From Synechococcus sp. (lineage in GTDB: Bacteria; Cyanobacteriota; Cyanobacteriia; Thermostichales; PCC-7336): 64,000 bases of DNA. The stretch is taken from positions 1 through 64,000 of the forward strand of contig JBFRWN010000082.1 in NCBI GenBank assembly GCA_051439605.1, in the 5' to 3' direction. Below are positions 1 to 9,295 of the stretch, in pieces (positions within the stretch are counted from its first letter, which is position 1; each line of letters begins with the position of its first letter). The notes below the pieces were generated by a model. It ran no database searches, was not told where the DNA came from, and was given only the letters and a program-made list of their open reading frames with translations. A program made the translations under genes and the position numbers.

Positions 1-199
1 CTGAAAGGCAACTGCGTTCATCGGTGCGGGTACTACTAAAGAGCAAGACATCTCAGCAAGCTATTGAGGGAGGACGGCTAGTAGCTCATAAGATTGATAA
101 CTACAGTTTCTATGAAAAACTAGGACTCCTCTATCAATATTGAGGGTGCAGCTCCACTCAGAACCTATATCGCGCAACCCAATCTGTCGATTGCCATCT

Positions 200-1888
200 A
201 TGCAAACCTGCTACTGCCTCAACCCAGACTGCCAGCAACCGCATAACGAGCACAATGCGTTATCATGTGCCGCTTGTGGCACAAAATTATTGTTGCGGGG
301 ACGCTATCGGGCTTACAAGCGTCTCGGCCAAGGTGGGTTTGGAACAACCTATTTGGCACGCGATCTGGACATGCCCTCCCAACCATGGAGAGCAATCAAG
401 CAGCTGCGGGTGGCTGAAGCCTCCGAGCAAGTTGCCCAACTCTCAAAAGAACTGTTTATGAGAGAGGCTCAAGTTCTGGAGAAGCTGGGAGAGCATTCCC
501 AGATTCCCACCCTTTACGCCTATTTCGGAGAAGATAACCGCTTCTATCTGGTACAGGAATTTGTCTTGGGAACCACCCTATCCAGCGAGATACATCGCAA
601 TGGGGTCATGAACGAAGAACAGGTGCATCGTATCCTCAAAGAGGTTCTGTTGATTCTGAGCTACGTCCACAGCAAAAACACCGTCCACCGAGACATTAAG
701 CCCGCCAACCTAATTCGTCGTAAAGATGACGATCGCCTCGTTTTAATCGACTTCGGCGCTGTGAAACAAATGGGAATTGCGGGGATGGAAGAAATGCCCT
801 CTTCTGTGACTGCGATTCGCTCTTTGGGTTTCTCGCCCCCCGAGCAAATGTCCGGCCACGCGGTTGGTCCAGCTAGCGACCTCTACGCCTTGGCGGCTAC
901 CTGTGTCAACCTCATGACCTGCAAATCCCCCAACCGCTTCTTCGATGCCAAACGGAATTGCTGGACCTGGCAAGATGCTGTGAGCCTCGACAATCGACTG
1001 GCCGAAATCATCGAACGGATGCTGCATCCCTCGATGTCTGAACGATACGAAAGTGCAACTGCCGTGTTAAGGGCATTGCAGGAATCCACGAGCAGCGGCG
1101 TTGGGGCAAGAGCCACCGTCCAATCCAGTAACACCACGTCCACCATTACTACCACGGCCGAGAGTAATCCCATTTCCCGTAACTGGTCTTACCGCAGCGG
1201 AGACACGGGGTTTCGACCCGTTTCTGCCTATCGTAAAGAACAGCCCACAGCCAGAACCGCATTGTCAACTAGCAGTACAGGATTTTCTAAAGTCAGCAGG
1301 CAAGACTTCGCCATTAAAACCGTTGCACGGGAAAATTCCTCATCTGGGTCTTCCTCGACATCTCTTTCCCTTTCTACAGCTGCCCCAGTGCCCTCTATGG
1401 AGGGGGCGGATTTGAGCAACCGAAATATGGCAAAAGAATGTTTAACAGGCTGTAATTTGCGCAAGTCTAATTTGGCTGGAACCAATTTATCGGGGGCCGA
1501 TCTACGGGGGGCCGATCTGCGGGGAGCGACTTTTACGGGACCAGCACCCAATTGGCAACTGATTCTAGTGCACTTGTTCTGGATGGGTCGAAACCTGTTG
1601 GGCATCATTATTGGGGTCCTATGCCTCGTTCTGGCTGCAGGAACGGCCGGTTGGGGAATTTATGCGCTCACCAGCAATCTGTTGCTGGGGGGAATAGGTG
1701 GATTGTTGGCAGCAATCTGTGCTGGCTGGTCCGTGTGGCAATTCACAGAGCGTCGTATCAGGTTGCCGATGACTCCCGGAGAGAGCCCACAGCGTTACAC
1801 ATTGCTGAGCGGTGCCGATCTTCGACAGGCACAAATGGATAGCCGCTTGCGACTGCATGCCAAACGGCAAGGGGCACGGCTGAGCTAG
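200..1888 (+). CDS. Ser/Thr protein kinase with N-terminal 4-Cys motif, pentapeptide repeats and C-terminal TM helices
   Basis: CxNPxC...CxxCG prefix; LGQGGFG, AIKQL, HRDIKPAN, DFG motifs; AxLxx pentapeptides; two hydrophobic helices. ATG at 200 preferred over TTG at 140. Confidence 0.9.
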   Translation: MQTCYCLNPDCQQPHNEHNALSCAACGTKLLLRGRYRAYKRLGQGGFGTTYLARDLDMPSQPWRAIKQLRVAEASEQVAQLSKELFMREAQVLEKLGEHSQIPTLYAYFGEDNRFYLVQEFVLGTTLSSEIHRNGVMNEEQVHRILKEVLLILSYVHSKNTVHRDIKPANLIRRKDDDRLVLIDFGAVKQMGIAGMEEMPSSVTAIRSLGFSPPEQMSGHAVGPASDLYALAATCVNLMTCKSPNRFFDAKRNCWTWQDAVSLDNRLAEIIERMLHPSMSERYESATAVLRALQESTSSGVGARATVQSSNTTSTITTTAESNPISRNWSYRSGDTGFRPVSAYRKEQPTARTALSTSSTGFSKVSRQDFAIKTVARENSSSGSSSTSLSLSTAAPVPSMEGADLSNRNMAKECLTGCNLRKSNLAGTNLSGADLRGADLRGATFTGPAPNWQLILVHLFWMGRNLLGIIIGVLCLVLAAGTAGWGIYALTSNLLLGGIGGLLAAICAGWSVWQFTERRIRLPMTPGESPQRYTLLSGADLRQAQMDSRLRLHAKRQGARLS

Positions 1889-1911
1889 TAGCTCTGCATA
1901 GTCACCCCCCA

Positions 1912-2730
1912 TTAACGACGTACAGGGATATGTTGCTGCATCAATGCTGTTTTGATGGTATCGATCGACAGTTGACCGAAATGAAGGAGGGAAGCAAGCA
2001 AAGCCGCCTCCGCCTTCCCTTCAGTCAGAGCCTCGCAAATGTGCTCGGTGTTGCCTGCACCACCAGAGGCAATTACAGGAATCTGAACGGCATCAGCCAC
2101 TCTGCGCGTTAGTTCTAGGTCATAACCCGCCTGTGTACCATCGGCGTCCATACTGGTCAGTAAAATTTCACCCGCTCCTCGCGATTCCATTTCTTTTGCC
2201 CAGGCGATTGCATCTAGCCCCGTAGCTTCACGCCCACCCCGGACGTAAACCTCCCAGCGATCGTCACGATGTCCGCCCCTCTCTCGCTCCGGACTACGGC
2301 GGGCATCAATTGCCACCACAATGCACTGCTGTCCAAACAAAGCGCTGGCATCGCTGACTAACTCTGGCGTATGCACCGCAGCAGAATTCATGCTAACTTT
2401 GTCCGCCCCGGCCCGCAGCAGATCGCGGATGTTATCAACCGTTCGTACGCCTCCCCCAACCGTTAGAGGAATAAACACCTGTTCTGCAGTCCGTTGCACG
2501 ACCTCGTAAATGATGCCTCGGTCTTCGTGGGTGGCCGTAATGTCTAAAAAAACGAGCTCGTCTGCCCCAGCTTCGTTGTAAGCCCGCGCTAGTTCCACCG
2601 GATCCCCGGCATCCACAAGATTGACGAAGTTAACGCCTTTAACAACACGCCCAGCATTAACGTCAAGGCAGGGAAGAATGCGTTTGGCAAGCACAGATTT
2701 CGGTTGAACACGGTTCTCCGAGTGTGCCAT
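1912..2730 (-). CDS. hisF: Imidazole glycerol phosphate synthase cyclase subunit
   Basis: [42 protein letters not shown] motifs. Confidence 0.97.
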   Translation of the reverse strand: MAHSENRVQPKSVLAKRILPCLDVNAGRVVKGVNFVNLVDAGDPVELARAYNEAGADELVFLDITATHEDRGIIYEVVQRTAEQVFIPLTVGGGVRTVDNIRDLLRAGADKVSMNSAAVHTPELVSDASALFGQQCIVVAIDARRSPERERGGHRDDRWEVYVRGGREATGLDAIAWAKEMESRGAGEILLTSMDADGTQAGYDLELTRRVADAVQIPVIASGGAGNTEHICEALTEGKAEAALLASLLHFGQLSIDTIKTALMQQHIPVRR

Positions 2731-2876
2731 ATTCTGCTAACGACTATTGCTGTTGCCATTTCAGTTAGGGCTGACATCTCTATGCTTTGTAAGGGATCGG
2801 GAGGGCTGAGATGTTCGATGACTCTCAAGAGCGTCTGACCCGCTGAGCATACAGAATTGATCGGTGAAATAACCTA

Positions 2877-2905
2877 TTGACGTTCCTGAATGGGGACACT
2901 AGCAT
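2877..2905 (+). promoter_or_regulatory. Putative sigma70-type promoter of the DAHP synthase leader
   Basis: TTGACG (2877-2882), 17 bp spacer, TAGCAT (2900-2905). Confidence 0.55.
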
Positions 2906-2974
2906 TAGGGTAAGTTAATATTAGGCAATCACTTTTCAGGGATTTGCCAAATCTACCAACCATTGACCCAGATT

Positions 2975-3025
2975 ATGTACAGAGTTCGATTTAACTTTTG
3001 GTTTACGGAGGCGCACCTGATGTAA
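2975..3025 (+). CDS. Putative attenuator leader peptide 1 (MYRVRFNFWFTEAHLM)
   Basis: 16-codon ORF read directly; 5 aromatic codons (Y,F,F,W,F); followed by antiterminator/terminator hairpins upstream of DAHP synthase. Confidence 0.7.
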   Translation: MYRVRFNFWFTEAHLM

Positions 3026-3052
3026 GTTGCTCTTATTTTGAGCGTTCAGGTG

Positions 3053-3086
3053 GCCCCCACAGTGCAATGTGAGGGGCTTTTGTTTT
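3053..3086 (+). terminator. Intrinsic terminator (attenuator 1)
   Basis: GCCCCCACA-gtgcaa-TGTG(A)GGGGC stem followed by TTTTGTTTT. Confidence 0.75.
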
Positions 3087-3134
3087 GCTTATCTAATGTT
3101 CTCGTTCGCTACTGTCTAGCTACCTTCAACTCCA

Positions 3135-3329
3135 ATGATTGTTAGTTCCTCCTTCGCCAATAACTGGGTTCAGTCGATCGCTAAGCGTTTCGACTGGGTT
3201 CAAACAGCAGTTGCGTACCAACCAATTAGCAACCTTAACGGTCTCACCACACCCGTCTGGAGGCACAGGCAAGTATTCGGACACCTCAGTAGCAATCCAT
3301 TTTTTAGCAGCTTTTTCTGGTTCGGATAG
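3135..3329 (+). CDS. Putative attenuator leader peptide 2 (64 aa, ends FFSSFFWFG)
   Basis: 13 of 64 codons aromatic, 6 of them in the last 9 codons; followed by a hairpin and T-run 57 nt before the DAHP synthase ATG. Confidence 0.55.
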   Translation: MIVSSSFANNWVQSIAKRFDWVQTAVAYQPISNLNGLTTPVWRHRQVFGHLSSNPFFSSFFWFG

Positions 3330-3368
3330 CCGTCCGGGTAGAGGAACGCGTATGTGCTCATCTTGCCC

Positions 3369-3395
3369 AGCCCCCAAGGTCCGGGCTTTTTTATT
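3369..3395 (+). terminator. Putative intrinsic terminator (attenuator 2)
   Basis: AGCCC-ccaaggtcc-GGGCT followed by TTTTTATT; short stem. Confidence 0.5.
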
Positions 3396-3449
3396 GCCTA
3401 TCTCGTCTATTGTTCTCCAATTCTTCAAGTCAACCATTTGGACAACCCC

Positions 3450-4346
3450 ATGAAAAATCTTAAACTTGCCAGTAAAGCCACTGTCAATCGACCTACCGTA
3501 GTACCCATCAGCAAAACAGTTGCCTTTGGTGGAAATGAGCTTGTGATAATCGGTGGCCCCTGTGCGGTTGAAAGCCAGCATCAGATGGAGGCTGTAGCCC
3601 AAGAGTTAGCCCCCTCTGCCATCAGCATGTTAAGAGGGGGAGCCTTCAAACCACGAACTTCCCCCTACAGCTTTCAAGGGCTAGGACAAGAGGGACTGGA
3701 GATTTTAGATGCAGTGGGTCATGAGTACGACCTACCGGTGGTGACAGAAGTCATGGCAGTCGAGCAATTACCAGCGGTTTGCCAACATGCGGACATGCTG
3801 CAAATTGGCAGCCGTAACATGCAAAACTTCGATTTACTGAAAGCGGTGGGTGGCACCCGTAAACCCACGATTCTTAAACGAGGTCTAGCAGCCACTCTAG
3901 AGGAGTTCGCGATGGCCGCCGAATACATCATGAGCAGCGGCAATCCTAACGTTGTGTTGTGCGAACGGGGCATTCGCAGTTTCGATTCTTACACCCGTAA
4001 CGTGCTCGATCTAGGGGCAGTTGTGGCCCTTAAACAACTCACTCACCTGCCAGTGATTGTCGATCCATCTCATGCCTCAGGAAAACGGGAGCTGGTTGCC
4101 GATCTTGCCCGAGCCGCGATCGCCTGTGGAGCCGATGGACTCATGATTGAGTGCCATCCTCAGCCGGAACAATCGGTTTCAGATGCTCGCCAAGCCCTGT
4201 CGTTGGAAGCCATGGTCAAATTGGGCGAAGACTTAAGACCGATTGCAGCAGCAGTGGGGCGCATCTTACCCAGTTCGCAGCTGCTATCGATGAATGCTTC
4301 TTGGAGGAAATCTTTATCTCCCGAGCAGACGGTGACGGTAGCATAG
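3450..4346 (+). CDS. aroF: 3-deoxy-7-phosphoheptulonate (DAHP) synthase, type I-beta, catalytic barrel only
   Basis: IIGGPCAVES, RGGAFKPRTSPYSFQG, LKRG, LCERGIR, VDPSHASG motifs; ATG at 3450. Confidence 0.93.
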   Translation: MKNLKLASKATVNRPTVVPISKTVAFGGNELVIIGGPCAVESQHQMEAVAQELAPSAISMLRGGAFKPRTSPYSFQGLGQEGLEILDAVGHEYDLPVVTEVMAVEQLPAVCQHADMLQIGSRNMQNFDLLKAVGGTRKPTILKRGLAATLEEFAMAAEYIMSSGNPNVVLCERGIRSFDSYTRNVLDLGAVVALKQLTHLPVIVDPSHASGKRELVADLARAAIACGADGLMIECHPQPEQSVSDARQALSLEAMVKLGEDLRPIAAAVGRILPSSQLLSMNASWRKSLSPEQTVTVA

Positions 4347-4564
4347 TTATGGGCTTAGATTTCCAATAAGCTCGCGGGCTTGCAGGAAGATATCGGCTTG
4401 ACAGCGAGGAAACGAGTCATAGACAACTGCATTACAACAATCTTCTGTGCCCGTTTTCTCTACTCTCCAATTCATGTAATGTGGTGCAAAGATCGCATTG
4501 CCAGCGATCGCGGCGTTTCGCCACAAACCAATCAGAGTGTTTTCGGCAGGAGGGTTAGGCAAAC

Positions 4565-5659
4565 GTGTCGCGATTTCTTTTTATTGGCTCCACAGCCGCC
4601 TATAGCGGTAAGTCCGCAGTCATCTTGGGGGTAGCCAGCTATCTTCAGCAGCACGGGTTAAACGTTGCTTACGGTAAGCCCCTGGGAGCCTGTATGGAGG
4701 GGGATTGTCTGGCAGACGGTACCGATCCGGATGTCGCCTTCATCGGAGATTGGTTGAAGCTTCCAGGGGACTGCCGCTTCCCGACAATTGCCCGCCTCGA
4801 TCCTGACACCGTCATGGCTGCAATTGATTCCTCAACCGAAATCGAATACTCTTGTAGACTCTCCGCGTACGAAAACGACTGTACGGCAGATATCAAATTA
4901 CTAGAAGGACCGGGAGATCTTCAGGAAGGGCAGTTGTTCCACCTTTCCCTCGCCGAAATGGCCAATCGCTTGGATGCTTCAATCCTTTTACTGGTGCGCT
5001 ACGGTTCCGCCGTAGTGGTCGACACAGTACTCGGAGCCCAACGGCTGCTGGGAGATCGCCTCATGGGGGTGATTCTGAACGATGTACCCACTGACGAGCT
5101 CGAAACCATTTCCGAACATGTAGTGCCCTATTTGGAGCATCACAAGATTCCTGTATTAGGAGTGTTGCCCACCAATCGGATCCTTCGCAGTATTAGCGTT
5201 AACGAGTTAGTGCATCAACTCGATGCCCAAGTGCTCTGTTGTGAAGATCGCCTCGATCTCCTCGTAGAGGAAATCACCATTGGTGCCATGAATGTCAATT
5301 CGGCGCTCAAATATTTCCGCAAGTCAGAGCATAAAGCAGTCATTACGGGCGGAGATCGAACAGATATTCAATTAGCAGCTCTCGAAACCTCCACCAACTG
5401 CCTGATCCTGACCGGACAACTGCCACCCACGGAATTAATACGCCTGAGGGCGGAGGAATTAGAAATTCCCATTTTGTCAGTCGCACTTGACACGTTAACC
5501 ACGGTGGAGCGGATCGAGCGGGTTTTAGGCCAAGTGCGATTGCACGAGGAAGTTAAGGTCCGTTGTATCGAAGATTTGATTGCTAACACTTTCGATTTCC
5601 CCCGTCTGTTTAGCCTCCTGCACTTGCCCCATCAGCCACCAAAAGTCAAGTCTGCATAA
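4565..5659 (+). CDS. Phosphotransacetylase N-terminal-like protein (BioD-like + DRTGG domains)
   Basis: SGKS P-loop, YGKPLG, GAM, ITGGDRTDIQLAALE. Confidence 0.88.
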   Translation: MSRFLFIGSTAAYSGKSAVILGVASYLQQHGLNVAYGKPLGACMEGDCLADGTDPDVAFIGDWLKLPGDCRFPTIARLDPDTVMAAIDSSTEIEYSCRLSAYENDCTADIKLLEGPGDLQEGQLFHLSLAEMANRLDASILLLVRYGSAVVVDTVLGAQRLLGDRLMGVILNDVPTDELETISEHVVPYLEHHKIPVLGVLPTNRILRSISVNELVHQLDAQVLCCEDRLDLLVEEITIGAMNVNSALKYFRKSEHKAVITGGDRTDIQLAALETSTNCLILTGQLPPTELIRLRAEELEIPILSVALDTLTTVERIERVLGQVRLHEEVKVRCIEDLIANTFDFPRLFSLLHLPHQPPKVKSA

Positions 5660-5852
5660 TTTTCCTGAAAACACTATATGTAGCGACTGTACTGATATTT
5701 TTCCGGCAAAATGCTCTACATTTATTGCTTGTTAGTCTAAATTTATTTGTTAGAAAATGATAATTGCGATCGCATTTCTAACCAGGGAAAAATACTTGTT
5801 CACTTATTTTTGAGACGATTGAGGTCCCCTTTTGGGATATCGAAGGATATAC

Positions 5853-5912
5853 TGAGGTTATTCATCACCTCAACACACCACTCCTCCCCCAGACCTGTCT
5901 GGGGGTTTTTTT
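5853..5912 (+). ncRNA. Candidate Yfr1-like small RNA (two hairpins with C/A-rich linker), includes intrinsic terminator
   Basis: TGAGGT/ACCTCA hairpin, ACACACCACTCCT linker, CCCCCAGA/TCTGGGGG stem and T7. Confidence 0.5.
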
Positions 5913-6139
5913 AGGGGTTTTGGTAGTAGCACAGTTGAATATTCGAAATTGATTTTAAAACACTGTATTTAGTGGGTGTGAGTTTCTTAAAGTTCCTTTT
6001 TGAATGCGCTGAATGTTTGTTCTGACAAGCATTTCTCGCACCTCTTAGAAGGTTGTAGACTCCGCAGAAATAGTAGGGGTCTATTGCAACCTCTACCCAG
6101 TGGATTTATGGTGTCTGGTGAGAAATAGGAGTTTTTGCG

Positions 6140-6586
6140 GTGGGAAACTGGAAAATCTATACAGATGGGGGCTGCTCCCCCAATCCTGGTCCTGGAGGTT
6201 GGGGCTACGTAGTGGTCGAAAATGGGGAGCCAGTCCATGAGTGCTTTGGCGGAGAACCCCACAGCACCAATAACCGCATGGAGCTAACTGCCATCATAGA
6301 AGCGTTGAACTATTGCCAGAAGAACGCTGAACAGTGGGGAAAAGTAACGATTTATTCTGATTCCAATTTGTGCGTTCAAACCTATAACACCTGGATGAGC
6401 GGCTGGGAAAAGCGGGGTTGGAAACGCTCTAAAGGCCCTGTGGTGAATCTAGACCTAGTCAAGCAATTGGCTGCCATGAAAAAGCGGTCCTCCAATATTC
6501 AATTGGTCTGGATCAAAGCCCATAACGGAGAGACCTGGAATGAATATGCCGATCGCCTCACCTATAAGGGACGACCTTCGGTGTGA
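6140..6586 (+). CDS. rnhA: Ribonuclease HI
   Basis: IYTDGGCSPNPGPGGWG, TNNRMEL, SDS, WIKAHNG..NEYAD. Confidence 0.95.
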   Translation: MGNWKIYTDGGCSPNPGPGGWGYVVVENGEPVHECFGGEPHSTNNRMELTAIIEALNYCQKNAEQWGKVTIYSDSNLCVQTYNTWMSGWEKRGWKRSKGPVVNLDLVKQLAAMKKRSSNIQLVWIKAHNGETWNEYADRLTYKGRPSV

Positions 6587-8163
6587 TGGTGTCTCAAGCT
6601 CGCAAGCCCCTACTACCTGGATGGCAACGCCGTCGGTGGAGAACTCGAGGGCTAGTTCTCTTGGCGATCGTGGCGACGGTCGTTGCAGCTCCTAATCGAA
6701 CTTTGCATTGGTATCCTGCCGCCTTCGTCTCACTTGCCCCCCTGTTTTACCTTTGCTGGAATCAGCCGTTTGGGAAACAACTGAAAATCTGTGCATCGAT
6801 CTGCTTCGGCTTCTGCCTGCTGGTTTTCTTGCCCGACCCTTGGGCAGTGGAAGCCCTTACTCAGGCTGAAATCATCGCGGGGCTCCTGGTTTCCCCCTTG
6901 GTTCCCCTCTATTTCACAATGGCAGCCCTGCTGAGCCTGTGGGTCAGTCGCCCATGCCCCACTTGGTTGCGCCCCTGCGCAATTGCCGCAGCATGGACTG
7001 GTTTTGACGGCTTGTTTGCCATTCTGCAAATTCCTCTGCCCCTCCATTTCGGGGCCTGCTTGTACGACGGGTTAACCGTCATTCAAATTGCAGATATTGC
7101 AGGTATTTGGGGGGTGACGTATTTCACCATTCTCACCAATGCTGCGGTTGCTGCAGGTTGGATCGCCTTTCCTCGCCGAGGTTGGTGGTTACCAGCTGTG
7201 GGGGTTGGCTTAGTTTGGCTCGCTATCCTCACCTATGGCTGGCAGCAGCTCTCGAGGTACGCGCCCACAAACTTAGAATTAGGCGGGGGAAACCCATTCA
7301 TTATTGGTACTGTCCAACAGGTGACTTGGCTGAAAACCGATCGCAGTTGGAACTATCGGACGGAGCGGTATCGCGAGCTAGAAACCTTTTCTAAAGCTGC
7401 ACTAGAAGAAGGGGCTCACCTATTAGTGTGGCCGGAAGGGGCAATGCGCGCCCAGTTAATCAACAGCGAGATCGAACGACTCTACCTGAAGCCACTTTTA
7501 CCATCATTACCTAATGGGGGAGGCTTGATTGTGGGCAGCAGCGAACTGGCAAATCCCAATGCCATAGGCGCCCCGTGGAACGAGCGCAAATTTATTAATG
7601 CCGCGCTGTTGTACACCCCAGATGGCACAGTGCGCGATCGTTACGGAAAACAATGGTTGTTTCAATATTTTGAGACCTCCCGTTTTGTTCCCTCCCAGGG
7701 GGGATATCGTCCATTGGATGCGGGCGATCGGCTGGGATTGTTGGGCACTCAAATTTGTTTGGAAAGCGTGATGCCGACTGCCTCCCGCCGCTTGGTGCAG
7801 AGGGGGGCCGAGTCGCTGATAGTCATCTCCGATGACAGTTGGTTCGGCAATAGTAATTGGCCACAACTACATAGCGTGCTATCGGTCTTTCGGGCTATCG
7901 AAAACCGCCGCAGCTTTGCCTTCGTCAACAATACGGGCGGAAATATTATTGCGCTGCCCTCTGGAGCGATCGTTGCCCAAGGTGCCATTTGGGAGCAGGG
8001 CCAAGTTTCCGGACCTATGTATCGAAATCGCACTCACACGTTCGCCAATCGGTATGGCGATTGGTTCGTATGGCTGTGTTTGGGAGGAACAACAGTCTCG
8101 TTTGGCTATTTTAAATTTGGCCATCCAACCCAAACAGCCAGACTTATCGCTGGAAACCTTTGA
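6583..8163 (+). CDS. lnt: Apolipoprotein N-acyltransferase
   Basis: N-terminal TM helices, IQIADIAGIWG, VWPEGA, ICLE, DDSWFG, RAIENRR nitrilase-fold motifs. Confidence 0.85.
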   Translation: MMVSQARKPLLPGWQRRRWRTRGLVLLAIVATVVAAPNRTLHWYPAAFVSLAPLFYLCWNQPFGKQLKICASICFGFCLLVFLPDPWAVEALTQAEIIAGLLVSPLVPLYFTMAALLSLWVSRPCPTWLRPCAIAAAWTGFDGLFAILQIPLPLHFGACLYDGLTVIQIADIAGIWGVTYFTILTNAAVAAGWIAFPRRGWWLPAVGVGLVWLAILTYGWQQLSRYAPTNLELGGGNPFIIGTVQQVTWLKTDRSWNYRTERYRELETFSKAALEEGAHLLVWPEGAMRAQLINSEIERLYLKPLLPSLPNGGGLIVGSSELANPNAIGAPWNERKFINAALLYTPDGTVRDRYGKQWLFQYFETSRFVPSQGGYRPLDAGDRLGLLGTQICLESVMPTASRRLVQRGAESLIVISDDSWFGNSNWPQLHSVLSVFRAIENRRSFAFVNNTGGNIIALPSGAIVAQGAIWEQGQVSGPMYRNRTHTFANRYGDWFVWLCLGGTTVSFGYFKFGHPTQTARLIAGNL

Positions 8164-8223
8164 CTCGTGCCCTCAAGACAGTTGAATTGGTACACAGATG
8201 GATTGGTACGCACCGTAACCCGA

Positions 8224-9135
8224 TTAGATGTCCACCCCGGAGGACTGACTGAGGGCAGAACCCACAATTTGAGTGCCGCTGCCTTCCTTCGTCAAAATCT
8301 CCAACAACATGGAGTGGGGATCTCCTCCATTCAGAATAGTTGCGGAGCCAACCCCCTGGGCCAACGCCCGAATACAGCACTGCACCTTGGGGATCATTCC
8401 TCCAGCTACTACCCCATCTTCAATCAGCTGGCGCGCCATTGGGATATCCATCTTCTCGATCAACGTTCCCGGATCGTCTTTATCCCGCAAAATGCCGGGG
8501 GTATCTGTCAACAAAATCAGTTTCTCAGCTCCTAAGGCTGCGGCCACTTCGCCAGCAACTGTGTCGGCATTGATGTTGTAAGCCTGACCGGTGTCGTCAG
8601 CCGCCACGCTGGAAATCACGGGAATATGGCGATCGCGAATCAGCGTCTTAAGCAGAGTAGGATCAGTGCCAATCACCTCACCCACAAAACCAATTTCCTC
8701 CCGACCCTGCGAGCGCGCCCGCACCAAATTGCCATCTCGGCCGCATAACCCAACTGCCGAGCCCCCAGCGAGATTAATCAATTGCACCAATTGCTTGTTT
8801 ACTCGACCGACCAATACCATCTCCACCACTTCCATGGTGTCGGCATCCGTTACCCGCAGGCCATCCACAAATTTGAAGGGAATCCCCAGCTTCTTGAGCC
8901 AGAGGTTAATTTCAGGTCCACCACCGTGAACGATCACCGGACAAATTCCGACACAGGATAGAAATACTGCATCCCTTAAAATTTCTGCACGCCTCTCCTC
9001 ATGAACCATGGCGGCCCCGCCATATTTGATCACAATCGTGCGCCCCTGGAATTTCTGAATGTAGGGGAGGGCCTCGCTGAGGATTTGCGCCCGACTGAGG
9101 GGGTCGCAGCGGAGGGTAGAAGAACGAACAATCAT
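8224..9135 (-). CDS. argB: Acetylglutamate kinase
   Basis: [45 protein letters not shown]; start uncertain. Confidence 0.96.
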   Translation of the reverse strand: MIVRSSTLRCDPLSRAQILSEALPYIQKFQGRTIVIKYGGAAMVHEERRAEILRDAVFLSCVGICPVIVHGGGPEINLWLKKLGIPFKFVDGLRVTDADTMEVVEMVLVGRVNKQLVQLINLAGGSAVGLCGRDGNLVRARSQGREEIGFVGEVIGTDPTLLKTLIRDRHIPVISSVAADDTGQAYNINADTVAGEVAAALGAEKLILLTDTPGILRDKDDPGTLIEKMDIPMARQLIEDGVVAGGMIPKVQCCIRALAQGVGSATILNGGDPHSMLLEILTKEGSGTQIVGSALSQSSGVDI

Positions 9136-9295
9136 GAGGGATTGGGGGCAGTAATCGAGACGACTATACCTCAAACTTGTTCCGTGTATAGGTTGGGATA
9201 TTCCGGCTGCCAGTCTGACTCATTCGATGAAACCTGTTGGGGTCTTTCCCAATTCAATCGAATCGGTATGGCAAACGTTCGCTGGTATTGAAAAC

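Noticed and set aside
3135..3329. Idea that the 64-aa uORF is a split-off ACT domain of DAHP synthase
   Set aside because: Beyond the initial MIV, I see no resemblance to the ACT-like regulatory domain.
3354..3449. N-terminal extension of the DAHP synthase from GTG 3354
   Set aside because: It overlaps the terminator hairpin and has no recognisable domain; ATG 3450 fits the family N-terminus.
4347..4634. Short ORFs (84 aa +, 71 aa -) between the DAHP synthase and the DRTGG gene
   Set aside because: No motifs; they overlap neighbours and are probably spurious.
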